Notes under the pieces: model-generated
The model's database searches: none
Seen by the model: the letters and a program-made list of their open reading frames with translations, nothing else
What the model was told of the DNA's origin: nothing
NCBI GenBank assembly: GCA_951406725.2
Contig: OX597818.1
Location: 101,122,001-101,186,000 of the forward strand
Direction: 5' to 3'
DNA length: 64,000 nt
Source: Octopus vulgaris
Taxonomy: Eukaryota
Program-made: the position numbers and the translations under genes
Shown: piece after piece, positions 59,801 through 64,000 of the stretch
Position numbering within the stretch: the stretch's first letter is position 1
How the letters are laid out: each line of letters opens with the position of its first letter

Positions 59801-60735
59801 AGGAAAAAACTATAGTCTCAAAATATCTACCTTACACATGTTAAAAATGCGTATGTATGAATATGTCTTATATATTTACACACTCATAGAAACACACACA
59901 CACACATACATGTAAAATGTATATGTACAGGAGTCTCCAAGTGTGCAAATATCTGTGAGCAGAATAAACATGTATATATATATAAACACGTACGTTCGTT
60001 GAGTGCGCGTATGTGTTTTCTATATACAATCATATATGAATGCTCCATAGTTTCTTTTAAAAATTCATAATACATATATATGTATATATATATTATTTCA
60101 AATAGAAAATGAATTATTAGGTAAACATGCTCATGGGTATATTATCACTTGTATATCTAAATGAATTACAATGAAACTGTCTGTGAGGCACTGGCAAAAT
60201 ATGTTTAAAGAATAAATGGTCTCAAGGCGATGTCACAAAATGTGTAAATATTCTTTATGTTCGTTTGTAGCTTTGTATATAATTTTGCTCTTTTCCCCAT
60301 TAGCAATTTACCGAGATTCCATACATTTTGACGCAGGCAGTTGCATTTCTCGCCAAAGTTAAATAATTTAAAGTTGTTATTCCTTGAAGTAATGTAATCA
60401 TTACTTCAAATATATAACAATGTTTAGATATATGCATGTATGTGTATCTATCTATAAACATACATGTAGGGTTATATATAAATGTACGTAAATATACATA
60501 TATAGGTATGAATAAATAACTAAATATATATATATATATATGCATATTGTATAATGCTGTGTAATCATGTATATGTGAATACGTGTACACTTAAATACCT
60601 GTGTATCTATATGTGTGTGTGAGTGTAAGTGCGTGCGTGTGCATATATATATATGTATATATATGTATATATATATATACATACATATATGCATGTATAT
60701 ACATATATATATATGTGCATATGTATATATATATG

Positions 60736-60766
<31 letters not shown>

Positions 60767-60810
60767 CTACATATATGCATATATATACATACATATAAAT
60801 ATATACATAT

Positions 60811-60862
<52 letters not shown>

Positions 60863-61410
60863 ATATGTATATATATATGTTTACACACATCTGAAAAGAC
60901 TTGTCTTACACGCATTTTGTAAGATAAAATCCACATTTCCTGCGTGAGTGTAAAATATATTTTACATAATTCTGATTCACCAATTGTTGGAATTCAGATA
61001 AAATATGATTTTAATGCTTCTTTAGTGACATGCATTCCAACAGGAAACTGAATATTTCACATCTTGCTGAAACAGAAAAATATTTATGATTTTACCAACA
61101 TATACTATGATGACCTGAAATATAGTGTATATTACTGCACAGCAGGCAGCACAAAAATTTACATTTCTTTAAATTTATATGACTTAAAATTCTATCGGTT
61201 GTGATGTGCGCGGATGTGGACAAAAACAATCACAAAATCATACGTGCGTGGATAGAGATGTATATGAATATGATCGGGTGGATGTGTGTGTGTGTGTACA
61301 TATATACATTTATAGGTTCAAATTAGGACTACATTTGAAATCTCCTGAAAAATTTGAAAATGCAATTAAACTGAACGTGAAACCGAGAGGTTGCGAAGCA
61401 AATATATTAC

Positions 61411-61545
61411 AATAATTCTATGGAGGCAACTTTATTTTCTTTTTCAAGCGGTCAGTTGATTATTTAGAATTTAGAGCAATAATTTTATGGAGGCAATTGT
61501 ATTTTCTTTTTCAAGCGGTCAGTCTATTATTTAGAATTTAGAGCA
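61411..61545. repeat. Tandem duplication, 2 x ~67 bp
   Basis: AATAATT.TATGGAGGCAA..TTCAAGCGGTCAGT..TTAGAATTTAGAGC occurs twice. Confidence 0.9.
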
Positions 61546-61837
61546 AATGTCTTAGATTTCAGTGATTATGACAGTTGTCCTATAAAGTTTAAGTGTGGAA
61601 AATACGTAGAATCTGATTGGGAAGATTGCTGAAATTCAATGTCTTCGAAAAAAACAAAACAATATATCAAAATAAATAAAATTCCTCGGACACGCTTTTC
61701 CAAGATATACTTATGCGAATATAATGATATGAAGTTACATATTGTGTTCATGTAGGGCGAGAATTTAGCATCGATCGTTAAATGCACACATGAACACACA
61801 AACAACAGAACCATGGAGAGAGACACGCAACTTATCA

Positions 61838-62303
<466 letters not shown>

Positions 62304-62489
62304 ATATATATATATATATATATGCTTTTATTTGTTTTACTTGTTTCACTCATTTGACTGTGGCCATGTGACTGTGGCACTACCTACATTTCTTTAAAAG
62401 ATTCCTTGAAATAATTTTACTTGTTGAACTATGTAAAAAGTGATAAGAAATATATGCTCAGATACAGTATAATTTTTAATGAAATTATG

Positions 62490-64000
62490 TATTTACATAT
62501 TTCGACCGTTTTCGCCTATAATAATTAAGACGGATATTTTGTGAATGATTCGGAAGGTGATCAGTGATTTCCACCTTACGGTTAGGGTTTTTCTTTGACT
62601 ATTCTTTCGAAAGTAAATACAATATACACAGATTCAAAGGAGATATATTCAGGAACTAAAATAATTTCATTATACAAAATTGGCTTTATGTTCATAGCAA
62701 GAGGCGACTGTTGTTTTTCAATAACTATATCACATAGTTGTAGAGACAGTGTTCCATTACATTTGTTTGGAGACTCCCCGCACATTTCCCTACAAATTCC
62801 AGTAATGGCATTTGTCTATATTTTAGAAAACGGTCTTGCTATCTAGGCAGTGTTGTTCTCTGTCTGCGAGACATTCTTGTTTTTCCTATGTTGTGTTACA
62901 TACTGAACATCTTAATACGTAGATTAAGATATCGGATGCAAACGTAATTTTTTTCTTAATTTTGAATCGCTATCCTTGAATAAATTAGAATTCAGAACTT
63001 TCGAGTAGGTTGGGACATGGTCCACAATTAAGTTACCCATAAAGTTCTTGGTTCTGTTGTAGTTGGGTATAATTTTAAACCTGCCAGTATTCTCTTAAGT
63101 GAATTATTTTTGAGGGGGGGGGGGGTAAATTATTTTGTGCGCGGAGAGTATAATATGGGCCCTGGTGAGGATAGGCAAATTTGGAAAAATATTATTATAC
63201 ACCTCATTGTTTTTAAGGTTGTGGGATATACATAAAGCTGAGTGTATTTTTCAATCGGTGTCTTATTTAGTTTTAATTATCTTAGAGTTTGGACATCAAT
63301 TCTCTTGGCACTGTTTATTGTATCATTTATTGCTGAACGTGGATAATGAATGTAGACGGGTATGGCTTTAGGATCAAGAAGTCATAAGTTCCGGGTATTT
63401 TTGTCAGACACAGTTGTGCAAATCGCTAAATTGGAAGGGAGTATCTATTTAAATGTGATTTCGCTGGCATGAACTGAATAGGTAGTATTACTTAGAGTCT
63501 GTGATTTTATAACAGTTATCGGTTTCTATTTGGGTATTGACATTTTTATTAAAATATCTAAAAAATGGAAGATTCTCTCTCCTCTCATTGTTGTATTCCA
63601 TTGTAAATTGGATGGTAGTATTGATATATTTGAGCAGTGTTATAAATTTCAATAGTTTACCAATACTTTTATTCGAAAGAATAACTCAGTCACCTAGATA
63701 TCTTTTCGAGTTATCTTTTATATTGGTAAAAGGAATATCCATATTGTTTTAGTGATACGTGATACATAGTCATTTCTAAATAACACAGTATTAGGTTTGT
63801 AACAATTGGGATCGCATTTATTCCCAACGCAATTGCACATTTATTTCTCTCGGTATCAAATATGACTTAATTATTCTGAATAATAAATTTTGATATTTCA
63901 AATATAAATTCCTTGTTCATGGATTCTAGTAATTCTTATGCATAGTTTACTAACCAGAATCGGATTGCTTCTCTTTCTTAGTCGTATTTGATATTTTGTT
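62490..64000 (-). pseudogene. Decayed PLE (RT, Cys knuckle, GIY-YIG, pseudo-LTR with eroded HHR) running off the window
   Basis: Minus strand: FIIQNN..IALGINAIPIVTNLILCYLE..KRYLGD..IQFTMEY..LPF..ETDNCYKITDS and NCGPCPNL. CTGATCA...aggc-GAAA-acg-GTC at ~62564-62504. Confidence 0.8.

Noticed and set aside
61411-61545. CRISPR-like repeat (also 31155)
   Set aside because: Adjacent tandem copies with no spacers, in a eukaryotic context with no cas genes.

Overview
AT-rich, microsatellite-saturated eukaryotic DNA with no supportable host exon, rRNA or CRISPR array. The tRNA-derived SINE families resemble those I recall from octopus/coleoid cephalopods (inference, not a database result). Almost all ORF-track entries are (TA)n/(CA)n artefacts. 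Real content is mobile elements: one 5'-truncated, stop-free Penelope-like element (PLE; RT + GIY-YIG, ~55257-57600), several decayed PLEs, an R4/Dong-type LINE with a mariner MITE nested in its zinc knuckle, RTE and CR1-type LINE ends, mariner relics, a piggyBac-type MITE, Helitron-like ends, about 20 SINE copies, and a decayed tRNA-Lys(TTT) with an intron-position insert. The most striking hidden signal is a dense set of type I hammerhead ribozyme (HHR) motifs from unrelated PLE pseudo-LTR families. The clearest are at 21372, 45893/46023, 46354 and 57426, with further degenerate copies. They lie next to (TA)n tracts and are repeatedly built into ORF-less head-to-head inverted-repeat cassettes. 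All alignments, translations and folds were done by eye, and element boundaries are approximate.
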